Origin: an uncultured delta proteobacterium
GTDB lineage: Bacteria; Myxococcota_A; Polyangia; Polyangiales; Polyangiaceae
Assembly: GCA_963841435.1 (NCBI GenBank)
Contig: CAWJCS010000002.1
Coordinates: 448,001 to 512,000, forward strand
Direction of reading: 5' to 3'
Length of the DNA stretch: 64,000 bases
The notes under the pieces: model-generated
What the model was told of the DNA's origin: nothing
What the model saw: only the letters and a program-made list of their open reading frames with translations
Databases searched by the model: none
Program-made: the position numbers and the translations under genes
Shown: positions 32,254 to 42,947 of the stretch, one piece after another
Position numbering within the stretch: the stretch's first letter is position 1
Layout: every line of letters begins with the position of its first letter

Positions 32254-34101
32254 ATGCGGAATCCGTTCGCGCTCACGAGACTGCTCCCCGGCCGATCGGG
32301 CGCGGTTCTACCGAGTTGCCTGCTTCTCGGAGCTCTGGCCGGTGCATGTACCGGAGAAATCGGGGGGACCGGCAGTTCGTCCGGGGCGACTCCGGTGGGG
32401 GCGGGTGCAGCCCCGGACCCAGGCACCGGCGGAAACGCCGGCTCCGGCATGGCGAGTGGTCAGGGCGGCGCCATGGCGTCCGGCGGCACGGGTGGGACCG
32501 GCACGGGCGGTTCGGGCGCAAGCGCGGGGCTCGGTGAAGACCCGTACGCCATCCCCGCGGCCCCTCCCGCCCCGGTCTTTGCGGCGTCACCCCGTGTCGC
32601 CCGCCTCAGCCGCAAGCAGTGGTCGAACAGCGTGAAGCGCCTCCTCCAGATCGACGACTTCGCGGAAATCGACAGCGGCGTGTCGGGCGATGCGCTCATC
32701 GGCTTCGATAACCAGGCGGACGCCCTGTTCGTGACCGAGCAGTTGCGGCAGCAGCTCGCCGATGCTTCGGAGAAGCTCGCCGACCTGGTGACCGGAGATG
32801 ATGCCGCCCTGGCGCGGCTCGTCCCCGCGACGGCGCCTGCCGACCTCGCGGGTCGGGCGCGGGAGTTCGTCTCGTCGTTTGGGCGGCGTGCATTCCGGCG
32901 GCCCCTCACCGATGCGGAGGTGACCACTCACCTTGGTCTCTTCGACCAGGGGCCCACGCTTTACCCTGGCGTCGACGCCTTCAAAGCGGGAGCCAGCCTC
33001 GTGATTCAGGCGATGCTCCAGTCCCCGTACTTCCTCTACCGGACCGAGCTCGGGGTGGCGGCTGCCGGAGAGACCAAGGTCGCGCTCGACGACTACGAAG
33101 TGTCCGCCAAGCTCGCGTTCGCCATCACCAATACGATGCCGGACGACGCTTTGCTCGACGCGGCGGCCGCTGGGCGGCTCCACGACGGTGCCGGCGTGGC
33201 GGCCGAAGCAGAGCGCTTGCTCGGTGGGCCAGAGGGCACGGAGGGCATCGGCAACTTCAACTTCCAAGTCTACCGCCTGGGCGCCTACGACGGCATCCAC
33301 CGGGATGCGGCCACCTACCCGGACTTCACTGCGGAGACTCCCGCCGCCATGCGGCAGGAAGTGCTCGAGTTCATCAAATGGGTCTTCAGTGACGGTCGCG
33401 GAGTCAGGGACTTTTACACGGCCCCGGTCGGCTTCGTGAACTCGGCGCTCGCCCCGCTCTACGGCGTCACGGGGACGTTCACGAGCGACGTTTTCACCAA
33501 GGTCGATCTCGACCCGACTCAGCGCTCGGGTCTGCTTACCCAGCCTGGGTTCCTTTCGTCGTACGCCACGGGAGACGATCCTGACATCATTCATCGCGGC
33601 GTTTTCATCGCGACGCGGCTCCTTTGCGTGGTGCTGCCGCCCCCTTCCCCGAGGGCCACTCCGCTCATCGACTTGCAGCCGAACATGACCAATCGGGAAC
33701 GGGTCGAGCTGACGACGGGCAAGGGCACGTGTGGCGAGGATTGCCATCTGCCTCTCCTGAATCCGCTCGGCAACGCCTTCGAAAACTACGACGTCATCGG
33801 CCGATACCGGACGATGGATCATGGCAAGCCCGTCAACGCCGCCGACAGCTACACGCTCGACCTCGAGCTTCGGCCCTTCGCGGACGGCGTCGAGCTCTCG
33901 CACCTTCTCGCGGACGCCAAGGAAACCCACGACTGCTACGTGGGCAACATGATGAGCTACCTGCACGGTCGGCTGCTCGCCCCGGAAGAGGACCCTGCCG
34001 TGGACTACTACGCGAGGTTGTCGCGGGCGGGCATGGTTTCGCTTCGTGACCTCGAGCTCGACATCGTGACGAGCGAACCGTTCCTCAATCGCCTTCCCTA
34101 A
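32254..34101 (+). CDS. DUF1592-type PSD/PSCyt lipoprotein #3 (CX3CH variant)
   Basis: AGAC lipobox, RLSRKQW, LQSPYFLYR, RSGLLTQ, IIHRG, CGEDCHLPLLNPLG. Confidence 0.88.
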   Translation: MRNPFALTRLLPGRSGAVLPSCLLLGALAGACTGEIGGTGSSSGATPVGAGAAPDPGTGGNAGSGMASGQGGAMASGGTGGTGTGGSGASAGLGEDPYAIPAAPPAPVFAASPRVARLSRKQWSNSVKRLLQIDDFAEIDSGVSGDALIGFDNQADALFVTEQLRQQLADASEKLADLVTGDDAALARLVPATAPADLAGRAREFVSSFGRRAFRRPLTDAEVTTHLGLFDQGPTLYPGVDAFKAGASLVIQAMLQSPYFLYRTELGVAAAGETKVALDDYEVSAKLAFAITNTMPDDALLDAAAAGRLHDGAGVAAEAERLLGGPEGTEGIGNFNFQVYRLGAYDGIHRDAATYPDFTAETPAAMRQEVLEFIKWVFSDGRGVRDFYTAPVGFVNSALAPLYGVTGTFTSDVFTKVDLDPTQRSGLLTQPGFLSSYATGDDPDIIHRGVFIATRLLCVVLPPPSPRATPLIDLQPNMTNRERVELTTGKGTCGEDCHLPLLNPLGNAFENYDVIGRYRTMDHGKPVNAADSYTLDLELRPFADGVELSHLLADAKETHDCYVGNMMSYLHGRLLAPEEDPAVDYYARLSRAGMVSLRDLELDIVTSEPFLNRLP

Positions 34102-35594
34102 TGGTCACACCCATGAAGAACCAATACGCAAACGCCCTCCGATGCAATCGCCGGATGGTCCTCCGCGGGGTCGGCGGCCTGATGCTGGGTCTGCCCGTTC
34201 TGGAAGGTTTCATGCCGCGAACTGCGGCGGCACAAGACGCCATGCGGACGCCTTTCGTGCTCTTCGTGGTGAGTGACAACGGCGTCGTCCAGGCCGGGGT
34301 GGATTTCGGGGGTGGCGGCGAGCCGGAGCGGTTCTGGCCGACAGCGACGGGGCCTTTGACGCAAGCCGGGATGCTCGCCGACAAGGCCACCCGGGCGACG
34401 GGAGAGCTGTCCGACTACGCCGAGAAGCTACTCATCTTGCGGGGCGTCAATCTGCCCTATAGCTCGAACGGTTGTTCTCACTCGGCCGCGGACGCTCAGA
34501 TCCTCACCGCGGCCAACATCACGCCCGGCAGCACCAATTGTCTTGCCAAGGGTCGTCCGCCGACACCGTGATCGCCAAGGCGGTGAACCCCCCCGGACGC
34601 GATCCACTCGTCCTCCACGCGGGGATGTTCGCGCCGGGGGGGACGGGCTTCGACATTCCTGGCTACGTGTCGTACGTCGCCGCCCAGCAACCGCGCGTCT
34701 ACATCGACTCCCCGTACAAGGCCTACCAGCAGATCATCGGCGTGGTCGGGGACGGCAGCGGAAGCTCGGGTGACGAGCAGGCACAGTTGCTACGTGCGGC
34801 GCGCAGCAAGAGCATCAATGACCTTCTGCGGCCGCAAATCCAGGAGCTTTTGGCGCATCCGCAGCTCAGCGCGGGTGACGTGAACCGGCTCGAGCAGCAC
34901 CTGGCGGCCATTCGCGACATCGAGGTGACCATGACCACCTCCGGGTTCACGGTGCCGGACGCCGACATCGAGACCATGCGCTCGATCGATCCGAAGCCAT
35001 ACGACCAGGCGTCGTACGACAAGGCAATCCGGCTCCATTTGCAATTGATGGCGTTCTCAGCTGCGTCCGACTACAGCCGGACCGCCGTCTTGAAGATCGG
35101 CGATCGCATCGACGATCACGTGTACACGATCAACGGCCAGACCTTCGAAATTCCACGACGCTTCACACCGCGTCGTGGCCAATGGCGTCGACCTCTGCCA
35201 CGCGATCGATCGCTTGATGATGGGGCACTACAAGTACCTCCTCGATCTCCTGTCCTCGTACATGACCGCCACCGGGCCGTTGCTCGATCAGGGCGTCGCG
35301 ATCTGGACCAACCAGTGCGCGACGGGAGCGCACTCGTTCAGCAACGTGCCCTGGATCCTGGCGGGCACCGCGAATGGGTTCTTCAAAAAGGGGCAGTACC
35401 TCGTGGTTGGCTCGGGCCAGATGCCCGGCGGTGGTCAAGACGGCAAGGGAGGCGATGGTTCCGTGTCGGGCGTCAACAAGATGCTCAACACGATCATCAC
35501 GGCCGCCGGGGTCACCAAGGCGGGCGGGGCTCCCACCGACGATTTCGGCGATCCCTCGTTGCCGAAGGGGATCTTCCCCGAGCTCCTCGCCTGA
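34101..35594 (+). CDS. DUF1552-family Tat-exported protein #3; two frameshifts (near 34551 and 35149)
   Basis: NRRMVLRG..LPVLE and GCSH in frame 1; SADTVIA..KSINDL..RLEQHL in frame 2; FHDASHR..LLDQG..HSFSNVPWILAG in frame 3. Confidence 0.82.
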
Positions 35595-35623
35595 CGGGGC
35601 CTTTGCCAAAGGCGGGGTGTCGA

Positions 35624-36577
35624 TCACCGCGAGAAGTTTTGCGCTGCCCACACCTTGCCGGTGGACGTCGTGAAAAAACCGCACGCCACCCTCGTGACGG
35701 AAGGGTCGGTCATGTTGATGAAGTGCCCGTGCTGCTCATAGCAAGTCCCCGAACAGGGGTTGGTCGGTGGTGGCCCTTCGTCCCACATCTGCTGCATGCA
35801 CAAACCGATGACCTGTTCGTTGGAGGAATATCCGGGGCATTCGTTCTGGGAGCCGCTCGGCTGGCAGATCTTGTCGATGGCTCCCGCGTGAGCGCTGTTG
35901 TTGTTCGCGTCGTACTCCGCCATTTGATCGGCGCACGCTTCTCCATCGGTTCGTCGTGTCAAAGCTGGTAGGCATGCGCACTGCGTGAGAAACTGATTGA
36001 TGCGATCAACGCAGTCCTGGTAGATGTCGCCAGTGCTGGGAGGGGGCGAGAGCTTGCACGCGAGGTTCTCCACGCAGCCGCCGGCTCCTCCAGCGCTCGT
36101 CGCGCCGGCACTGCCACCGTTCGCGGTCGAGCCGCCGGTCATCGCCCCACCAGTGCTGGTCACGCCCGCGGCGCCACCGTTCGGCATCCCGGCATTGGTG
36201 CCGCCAATGCCGGCGGCGCCCGCGGTCGGATTGCCGCCGTTCCCCGCGCCGCCACTACCGGGATCGGGCATGCCCCCGCTCGGCATGCCTCCGCTGAGAG
36301 CACCCGCGTTGCCGCCGCCAGCAGCACCGCCACCAGTGCTCCCACCCCCGGACTGGCCGACCCCAGCGCTGGCCCCGCTCGCCGGACTGCCTCCCGTGGT
36401 TGCCGTGCCCCCACCCGGCTGCGCTGCTGCGCCGCCGCTGCTCGTCGAGGAGCCGGCCGAGCCGGCGGCTCCTCCAACGAGAAGGGGCGGCTCGTCGTTG
36501 GCGCTCGCACAACCCAAGGTCAGGGCCAACGTCCAAACAAACCCGGTGCGCACCAACGCCAGTCTATGGCGACCCAT
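35624..36577 (-). CDS. CAP (SCP/PR-1-like) domain lipoprotein
   Basis: TLGC lipobox, Gly linker, CVDRINQF..AH..QNEC..MWDEG..GHFINM..VACGF..QNF; start estimated. Confidence 0.75.
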   Translation of the reverse strand: MGRHRLALVRTGFVWTLALTLGCASANDEPPLLVGGAAGSAGSSTSSGGAAAQPGGGTATTGGSPASGASAGVGQSGGGSTGGGAAGGGNAGALSGGMPSGGMPDPGSGGAGNGGNPTAGAAGIGGTNAGMPNGGAAGVTSTGGAMTGGSTANGGSAGATSAGGAGGCVENLACKLSPPPSTGDIYQDCVDRINQFLTQCACLPALTRRTDGEACADQMAEYDANNNSAHAGAIDKICQPSGSQNECPGYSSNEQVIGLCMQQMWDEGPPPTNPCSGTCYEQHGHFINMTDPSVTRVACGFFTTSTGKVWAAQNFSR

Positions 36578-36890
36578 GCAGTTGGCGAGCGAAATGAGCA
36601 CCTCTGTCGGGTTCGGCGCCAGCATTTGCAGCCAGCGCCTCATTTTGAATTATCCGCCTGTGCCCCCGAGGATCACGTTGGGAGAACAGGCTCGCGATGC
36701 TGGGGTTCGGCGAGTGAGGAGAGGTCCGTCAGCGCGCCGAACAAAGTGTTCGTGAAACCGAAAAATTTGCGGGATCCATAACAACAAGGCACGCCTTCCG
36801 ACAATTCTGAACCGGTTGCCAACCGTCACGAGCGTGGACGACGTTGGAGCACGGTGTGCGCGGGCACGCCCATCCTCGGAGAGCGTGTGG

Positions 36891-38732
36891 ATGATGAAGC
36901 TGTCCTGGCACGAGTACGGTGGCTCGAGAGACCTCCTGGCCTGCTGCGCCCTGGCTTTGGCGTGCGGGTGCACGGCCACGGTGGACGGAGGGACCACCCC
37001 GGGCTCCGGCGCCGCACCCGCCGCCAGCGGGGGCTCGACAGGCGCGGCGCCGGGGGCTGGAGGCTCGTCGGCCGGGACCGCGCCGCAGAGCGGCGGGACC
37101 GGCGCGACCGTGGGCTCCGGCGGGACCGGTGCCGCGGCGACCGGGGGATCGGCTGGAACCGGCGCGGGCGCCGCGGGCGGCACCCCACCCGTGTTCGAGG
37201 ATCCGCCTCCGTTCGAGCCCGCCCCGGGCATGCTTCGCCGTTTGACGAGAGCGCAGTTCAAGAACGCCATCCGCGACGTGTTTGGCGTCGAGGTCAATGT
37301 AGACGAGCTCGACCCGGACAGCTTCGACGGCAGTATGCCCGTCGTCGGGGCGTCCACGGTCGTCACCGCCGAGCGCGGAGTCGAGCAGTACCATACGGCC
37401 ATCGAAAGCGCCGTGGACGCCGTGTTCTCCGACGCCGCGAAGCGCGCTGCGTTCATCGGCTGCACGCCGACGGGCAACGCCAATGACGCGTGCGTGCGCG
37501 GCTTCGTCGAGAGCATGGGGCGCCGCGCGTGGCGACGCCCGCTCGACGCGACGGAGATCGCTCGCTTCGTGACGGTCGCCGAGACGGCGGCGACGGAGCT
37601 CGGCAGCCCGGAGGAAGGCGTGCGCTGGGCGACGGTGGCGCTGTTCAGCTCGCCGAATTTCCTCTACCGCCCCGAGCTCGGTGCACCGACGACAGGCGGC
37701 GCGCTCCGCTTCACGGACTTCGAGCTGGCGTCCCGGCTGGCGTTTCTCGTGTGGAACAGCATCGCCGACGACGCGCTGCTCGACGCCGCCGAGAGCGGAC
37801 AGCTTGCCACGGTGGAAGGAATTCGGGCCGCGGCGGAGCGTCTGCTCGCGACGCCCGCGGGGCGCGAGTCAGTGGGCAACTTCGCCGTCGAGTACTTGCG
37901 GCTCGATCGCGTCCTCAGCCAGGCGAAGGACCCGTCGCTCTTCCCCGAGTACTCCCCGGCGCTCCAGGCCGGCATGGTAGCGGACGTGCGCGGCACCTGG
38001 GAGGCGATCGCCCTCGACGACCGGGTCAGCGCGATGGAGCTGTTCTCGACGCCCAAGGTCGTCGTCAACTCCGACCTCGCAAAGGTCTATGGCATCGACG
38101 CCACGGGGCTCACCTCGACCACGTTCGAGCTGCGCTCGCTGCCGGCCGACGGCCCGCGCCTCGGACTGCTCAGCAAGGCGGGATTCCTTTCGGAGTTCGC
38201 GAACCAGAAGGCCGGCTCACCGACGCTCCGCGGCAAGTTCATGCAGGAGGAGCTGCTCTGCACGCCGATCGAGCCCCCGCCCGGCAACGTCAACCTCGCG
38301 ATCGACGATCTGCCGACCGATCAGCCGATGACGAAGCGCCAGAAGCTCGAGATGCACCGGTCCAATCCGACGTGCTCGGGCTGCCATTCGATGATGGATC
38401 CGCTGGGCCTGCCGCTCGAAACCTTCGACGCAATCGGGCGCTACCGCACGACGGAGCAGGGCCTGACGATCGACCCGAGCGGCGACTTCGACGAGCAACC
38501 CGTCGTGGACGCGGCCGACCTCGGGCGTGTCGTCGGAGCCGACCCGCGGGTCGCGCAGTGCCTCGTGCGGAAGTACTTCGCGTACGCCATGGGCCGCAGG
38601 GCGCGCAACGTCAACGGAAGCGTCATCAACGAGCTTGCCGCGTCCTTCGAGGCGTCGGGGTTCAAGCTCCGTGACCTCGTTCTCAACGTCGCGACGAGCG
38701 AAGCCTTCGCCTCCGTCGCACCAGAACTCTAG
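36891..38732 (+). CDS. DUF1592-type PSD/PSCyt lipoprotein #4 with CxxCH
   Basis: LACGC lipobox, LRRLTRAQF, SSPNFLYR, ELASRLAFLVW, SPTLRG, CSGCHSMMDPLG. Confidence 0.9.
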   Translation: MMKLSWHEYGGSRDLLACCALALACGCTATVDGGTTPGSGAAPAASGGSTGAAPGAGGSSAGTAPQSGGTGATVGSGGTGAAATGGSAGTGAGAAGGTPPVFEDPPPFEPAPGMLRRLTRAQFKNAIRDVFGVEVNVDELDPDSFDGSMPVVGASTVVTAERGVEQYHTAIESAVDAVFSDAAKRAAFIGCTPTGNANDACVRGFVESMGRRAWRRPLDATEIARFVTVAETAATELGSPEEGVRWATVALFSSPNFLYRPELGAPTTGGALRFTDFELASRLAFLVWNSIADDALLDAAESGQLATVEGIRAAAERLLATPAGRESVGNFAVEYLRLDRVLSQAKDPSLFPEYSPALQAGMVADVRGTWEAIALDDRVSAMELFSTPKVVVNSDLAKVYGIDATGLTSTTFELRSLPADGPRLGLLSKAGFLSEFANQKAGSPTLRGKFMQEELLCTPIEPPPGNVNLAIDDLPTDQPMTKRQKLEMHRSNPTCSGCHSMMDPLGLPLETFDAIGRYRTTEQGLTIDPSGDFDEQPVVDAADLGRVVGADPRVAQCLVRKYFAYAMGRRARNVNGSVINELAASFEASGFKLRDLVLNVATSEAFASVAPEL

Positions 38733-38748
38733 GTCGCAAGAGAACGCC

Positions 38749-40128
38749 ATGACGATGAAACCCCTGAAGCGACGCAACGTTCTTCGAGGCATGCTGGCGA
38801 CGGGCGCGGCCGTTGCCATCCCGCTGCCGCTGCTCGAGTGCATGCTGAACGAAAACGGCAACGCGCTCGCCCAGTCGAACACCGCCCTCTCCCCGCTCTT
38901 CGTGCTGTGGTTCTTCGGCAATGGGTCGCTGCCCGGCCTCTGGAAACCGTCCGCCACGGGCTCCGGCACGGCATGGCAGCTGAGCTCGCAGCTCCAGCCG
39001 CTCGCAGACCACAAGTCGTACATGACGGTGATCTCAGGGCTCGAGGGCAAGCTCGTCACAGCCGCCGCCCCACATCCGAGCGGTTCGGCCGCCGCGACGA
39101 CGGGCGCGCCCCTGAACGGCAACGCCGTGCGCGCAGCCTCGCTCGACCAGATCGTCGCCGACCAGATTGCCGCGGGCGCGCCGTATCGCTCGATCGAGGT
39201 GGGGGTGACCCCGGCGACGCCGAACGGACCCGAGGACTCGCTCCAAACGGTTTCGCACGGGGGACCCAACGCGCGAAAAATGGCCGAATACGACCCGAAG
39301 GCGATTTTCACACGCCTGTTCGGCAGCACGCAGGCGCCTCCAACCACTGGCGAGGAGGACCCGGCGGTCAAGCTCGCGCGCGTGCGCACGAGCGTGCTCG
39401 ACGCGATCCTCGAGGACGGCAATGCGCTCGAGCAGCGCCTCGGTGCCACCGATAAGCAACGTGTGGAAGCCCATCTCGAAGCGATCCGAGCCATCGAAAT
39501 GCGCCTGGATACCATGCCGGCGACGGGCGGGACGCTACCGGCCGCCTGCGGCAGCGTGACCGCACCCACCGTCGGCAAGGACACCAAGAGTGAGGCGCCG
39601 CCCGAGGTCAACACCGCGATGGCAGAGCTCACGAACCTGGCGCTCGCCTGCGAGAAGACGCGCGTGGCCACGTTCATGTTCTCGCTTCCCGCGGCGCACG
39701 TTTACTACCGGCACCTCGCCTCCGACATGAATGACGATTTTCACGACACCATCTGCCACGGGGACGCCGGCACCGAGTCGGACCAGCCCCGCGTGGACAA
39801 GGGCGTGCTCTACGCCATGAAGTGCCTCGACGAGTTCCTGACCAACATGAAGAACCTGCCGCACGGCGCGGGGAACCTGCTCGACGCATCGCTCGTCTAC
39901 GTCACGTCCGACATTGCGTGGGGCAAGGTGCACACCAAGGAGGAATGGCCGGTGCTCATGGTCGGCAAGGCCGGCGGGCGCCTGCGCGGCGACGAGCACC
40001 ACAATTTCCAGAGCGAAAACCTCACCCGAGCGCTGCTCACGGCCGCCCAGATCATGGGCGCTCCGCAGACCGAGCTCGGCATCGACGGCGGCAAGGTCAC
40101 CGCCGCGCTGCCGGGCATCATCGTCTAG
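38749..40128 (+). CDS. DUF1552-family Tat-exported protein #4
   Basis: LKRRNVLRG..LPLLE; SLDQIVA; SVLDAI; ALACEKTRV; DDFHDTICH; NLLDAS. Confidence 0.9.
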   Translation: MTMKPLKRRNVLRGMLATGAAVAIPLPLLECMLNENGNALAQSNTALSPLFVLWFFGNGSLPGLWKPSATGSGTAWQLSSQLQPLADHKSYMTVISGLEGKLVTAAAPHPSGSAAATTGAPLNGNAVRAASLDQIVADQIAAGAPYRSIEVGVTPATPNGPEDSLQTVSHGGPNARKMAEYDPKAIFTRLFGSTQAPPTTGEEDPAVKLARVRTSVLDAILEDGNALEQRLGATDKQRVEAHLEAIRAIEMRLDTMPATGGTLPAACGSVTAPTVGKDTKSEAPPEVNTAMAELTNLALACEKTRVATFMFSLPAAHVYYRHLASDMNDDFHDTICHGDAGTESDQPRVDKGVLYAMKCLDEFLTNMKNLPHGAGNLLDASLVYVTSDIAWGKVHTKEEWPVLMVGKAGGRLRGDEHHNFQSENLTRALLTAAQIMGAPQTELGIDGGKVTAALPGIIV

Positions 40129-40257
40129 CCTCCCGGCAGGGACTGGTTCCCGGCTGAACCGACGAGCCCCCCTGCGACCGGTTCCACTCATCGCAGAATC
40201 TTCGAGAAAACGGGGGTCTGAGTAACCTCTGGCGCGGGCGGTGCCACTACAAGGTCC

Positions 40258-40893
40258 ATGGCCCTTTCGCCGGAGCGTTCGAACGTGCCCTTGAGGCTCG
40301 TCCGCCCGGCGGCCGAGGCCGAGCTCGTGGCGGACTGCGTGGCCCGGGAGCCGGCCGCTCTCCGGAGCCTATTCGAGCGCGAGCGGTCGCGGGTGCACGC
40401 GCTGCTCTACCGCGTGGTGGGGTCGAACGCACCCATGGACGACCTGCTCCAGGACACGTTCCTGGAGGTGTTTCGCTCGCTTCCTGGCTTTCGTGGTGAT
40501 TCCGCGCTCAGCACTTGGATCGACCGGTGCGCCGTGCGCGTGGCGTACGCGCACTTCGCGCGCAAGAAACGCCTGCCGTCGCTGCAGCCCGTGGAGGACG
40601 TCGAAGCAGGGAGCCCCAGCGTGGACGAGCACGCTTCGATGCGCGAGGCGGCCCGGCGCCTTTACGCCGCACTCGACCGCATCGAGCCGCGGCAACGCAT
40701 CGCATTCACGCTGTTCGTGATCGAAGGCCGCTCCCAGCTCGAGGTGGCAAGCGTGATGGGATCCTCTCTCGCGACGGTGAAGATCAGGGTGTGGCGGGCG
40801 CGGCGAGCCCTGGAACGGTTCGCGAGGCAGGACGCGCTGCTTTCGGATTTTTTGAGCGACGACGCTCGGGACGACAAGGACGAAAAGAAATGA
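40258..40893 (+). CDS. ECF RNA polymerase sigma factor
   Basis: DDLLQDTFLEVFRSLPGFRGDSALSTW (region 2); EVASVMG..ATVKIRVWRAR (region 4). Confidence 0.92.
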   Translation: MALSPERSNVPLRLVRPAAEAELVADCVAREPAALRSLFERERSRVHALLYRVVGSNAPMDDLLQDTFLEVFRSLPGFRGDSALSTWIDRCAVRVAYAHFARKKRLPSLQPVEDVEAGSPSVDEHASMREAARRLYAALDRIEPRQRIAFTLFVIEGRSQLEVASVMGSSLATVKIRVWRARRALERFARQDALLSDFLSDDARDDKDEKK

Positions 40894-41942
40894 AGAAGCT
40901 CGCACGCATCGAAGTCGAGCCGCTCGGCGAGCAGCGCTGGTCGAAGCTCGAGCGCTCGCTGTTCTTGCGCCTCGAGCGCGAAGCGGATGTCGCTCTTCCG
41001 GCCCCCATTCGGCCGCAACGAGCGCGCCGGAGCGCCTGGCTCGTGGCGGCGGCTCTCGCGGGTGCGGTCGCCGTGCTTTCGTTCGTGACGCTTCGCTCAC
41101 CGTCGCAAGCCGTGCTGGAGCAGCCGTCGCACATCACCACGGGGCCGAGCCCGTCTCACCTCGCGCTGCCGGGCCTGTCGCTCGACGTCGAGCCCGAGTC
41201 TGCCGTCGTCATCGGCACCGAAACGACGGATGGCCTTCTGATCGTGGTCGATCGGGGCGGCATCGCGTGCAAGGTGGCGCCGCGCGCGAGTGACGCGCCG
41301 CTCATCGTGCAGGCCGGGGCCGTCAGGGTGCGCGTGGTCGGGACGCGCTTCCGCGTGACGCGCTCGGGCGGCGGAGCGCGCGTGAAGGTGGACGAAGGCG
41401 TGGTCGAGGTGAGCGCGCTCGGGCAAACGTCGCGCGTGCGGGCGGGCGAGCAATGGTCGATGCCGGAGACGACGCGGGCCGACCCGACGCCGCCGGCCGT
41501 GGCGCCGGGCGCGGCTCCCACGGAGCCGTCGAGCGTCGCCGGTGAAGGGGAGCCCGCTCCGACGGACGCGGCGCCCGGCGAGACGCCTGCGCTGGTCTCG
41601 AGGCCTCACGCCGCGCCCGAGCGCGGTACGCGTGAGGCGCACCCGGCAGACGCGGTGCGCGAGGAGCCCCCCTCGGCCGACACGCAGCCGTCGGCGCAGG
41701 CCATCTTCGAGCAAGCCGCCGCCCTCGAGCGCGGCGACCCGGGGCGCGCAGCACGGCTCTATGGCACGCTGGAGTCCGGCACCGATTCGTGGGCCCAAAA
41801 CGCGCTCTACGCGCACGGACGGCTGGAAGCCTCGCTCGGCAACCGTGCCGGCGCGCGCCGCTTGCTGGAGCGCTACCTCGCGCGCTTCCCCCGCGGCAGC
41901 AACGCGGAGGATGCGCGAGCGGTGCTCGAGCGGCTCAGGTAG
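40890..41942 (+). CDS. FecR-like transmembrane anti-sigma factor with C-terminal TPR-like helices
   Basis: ATGA overlap with sigma; TM helix; VRVVGTRFRV..VKVDEGVVEV FecR motif; LERYLARFPRG C-terminus. Confidence 0.85.
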   Translation: MKKLARIEVEPLGEQRWSKLERSLFLRLEREADVALPAPIRPQRARRSAWLVAAALAGAVAVLSFVTLRSPSQAVLEQPSHITTGPSPSHLALPGLSLDVEPESAVVIGTETTDGLLIVVDRGGIACKVAPRASDAPLIVQAGAVRVRVVGTRFRVTRSGGGARVKVDEGVVEVSALGQTSRVRAGEQWSMPETTRADPTPPAVAPGAAPTEPSSVAGEGEPAPTDAAPGETPALVSRPHAAPERGTREAHPADAVREEPPSADTQPSAQAIFEQAAALERGDPGRAARLYGTLESGTDSWAQNALYAHGRLEASLGNRAGARRLLERYLARFPRGSNAEDARAVLERLR

Positions 41943-41954
41943 TCTCGCGGGCGC

Positions 41955-42947
41955 GTGCGGAAGTGGGCTCTGCGGCTGCTCCTGGCTCTTGCTGCGCTGT
42001 CGGTCGCAACGAGCGCGCGGGCCACTCCGCGCCGCATCGCGGTACTCCAGCCTGACGGCGAGCTCATCCGCGCGCTGGTTCTGGCGCTCTCGCCCTGGGG
42101 CGTTACGCCCATCCGGAGCGAGGCACCGCCCCCTCAGGGCTCGGCGCCGGAAGCCCTCCGTACGGCTTCGGACGTGGCGCACGAGCTCTTGGTCGAAGCA
42201 GTCGTCTGGGTCTCGACCTCGGAGCAAGGTGCTTTGCTCTGGGTTTTCGATGCGCACACGGGCGAGATCACCACGCGGCTTCTCACCCAGAAGCCGCCGT
42301 TCGACAGCGCCACCGCGGCCGCCGTGGCGCTCAGCGTGAAGACGGTGCTGCGCTCCAGCCAGATCGCCCCGCCCGAAGAACGCCTGGCCGTGCCGCCGCC
42401 GCCGCCGCCGCCGCCGGAGCCGAGGGTCGATCCCACGCTCGCGCTCCAGCTCGGCGGTGGCGTGCAGCTGGTGCGTCCGGGTCGGCTCGCGCTCCGGGGG
42501 GAGCTCGCCGCGCTCGTGTGGATTGCGGCGGCGCGACGCCTCGGCGTCGGGGTGTACGGGGCGACGGGGCCGGAGCTGCGCCTCGAGGAGCCGAGCTTTC
42601 GCGGCCGCTACCGCGAGGACGAGCTCGGCGGCACGGTGCGCCTGCGGGTTCTGCGTACGCCACGGACTTCGATGACGCTGGCACTCGGCGGCGCCGCACA
42701 TTTCAGCACGCTGCGCGGCACACTCCTTCGCGACGCGTGGCCGCGCACCGTGCGTCGCCTCAACGGGTCGCTCGATGCGGAAGCGTCGGCGAGCTTCGAA
42801 GTGGTCGGTGGCGTCTACCTGGGTGCAGCGCTCGGGGGCGCCTATTTCCCGAGATACCGGCGCTACCTCGTCGAGGGCACACCGATTTTCTCGCCCTGGC
42901 CCGTGGCGACCAGCTTGAAAGGCATCCTGGGTGTCGCGCTCTTCTGA
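41955..42947 (+). CDS. Putative outer-membrane beta-barrel protein with N-terminal periplasmic domain
   Basis: Signal peptide, poly-Pro hinge, alternating beta-strands, C-terminal Phe (GILGVALF). Confidence 0.6.
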   Translation: MRKWALRLLLALAALSVATSARATPRRIAVLQPDGELIRALVLALSPWGVTPIRSEAPPPQGSAPEALRTASDVAHELLVEAVVWVSTSEQGALLWVFDAHTGEITTRLLTQKPPFDSATAAAVALSVKTVLRSSQIAPPEERLAVPPPPPPPPEPRVDPTLALQLGGGVQLVRPGRLALRGELAALVWIAAARRLGVGVYGATGPELRLEEPSFRGRYREDELGGTVRLRVLRTPRTSMTLALGGAAHFSTLRGTLLRDAWPRTVRRLNGSLDAEASASFEVVGGVYLGAALGGAYFPRYRRYLVEGTPIFSPWPVATSLKGILGVALF

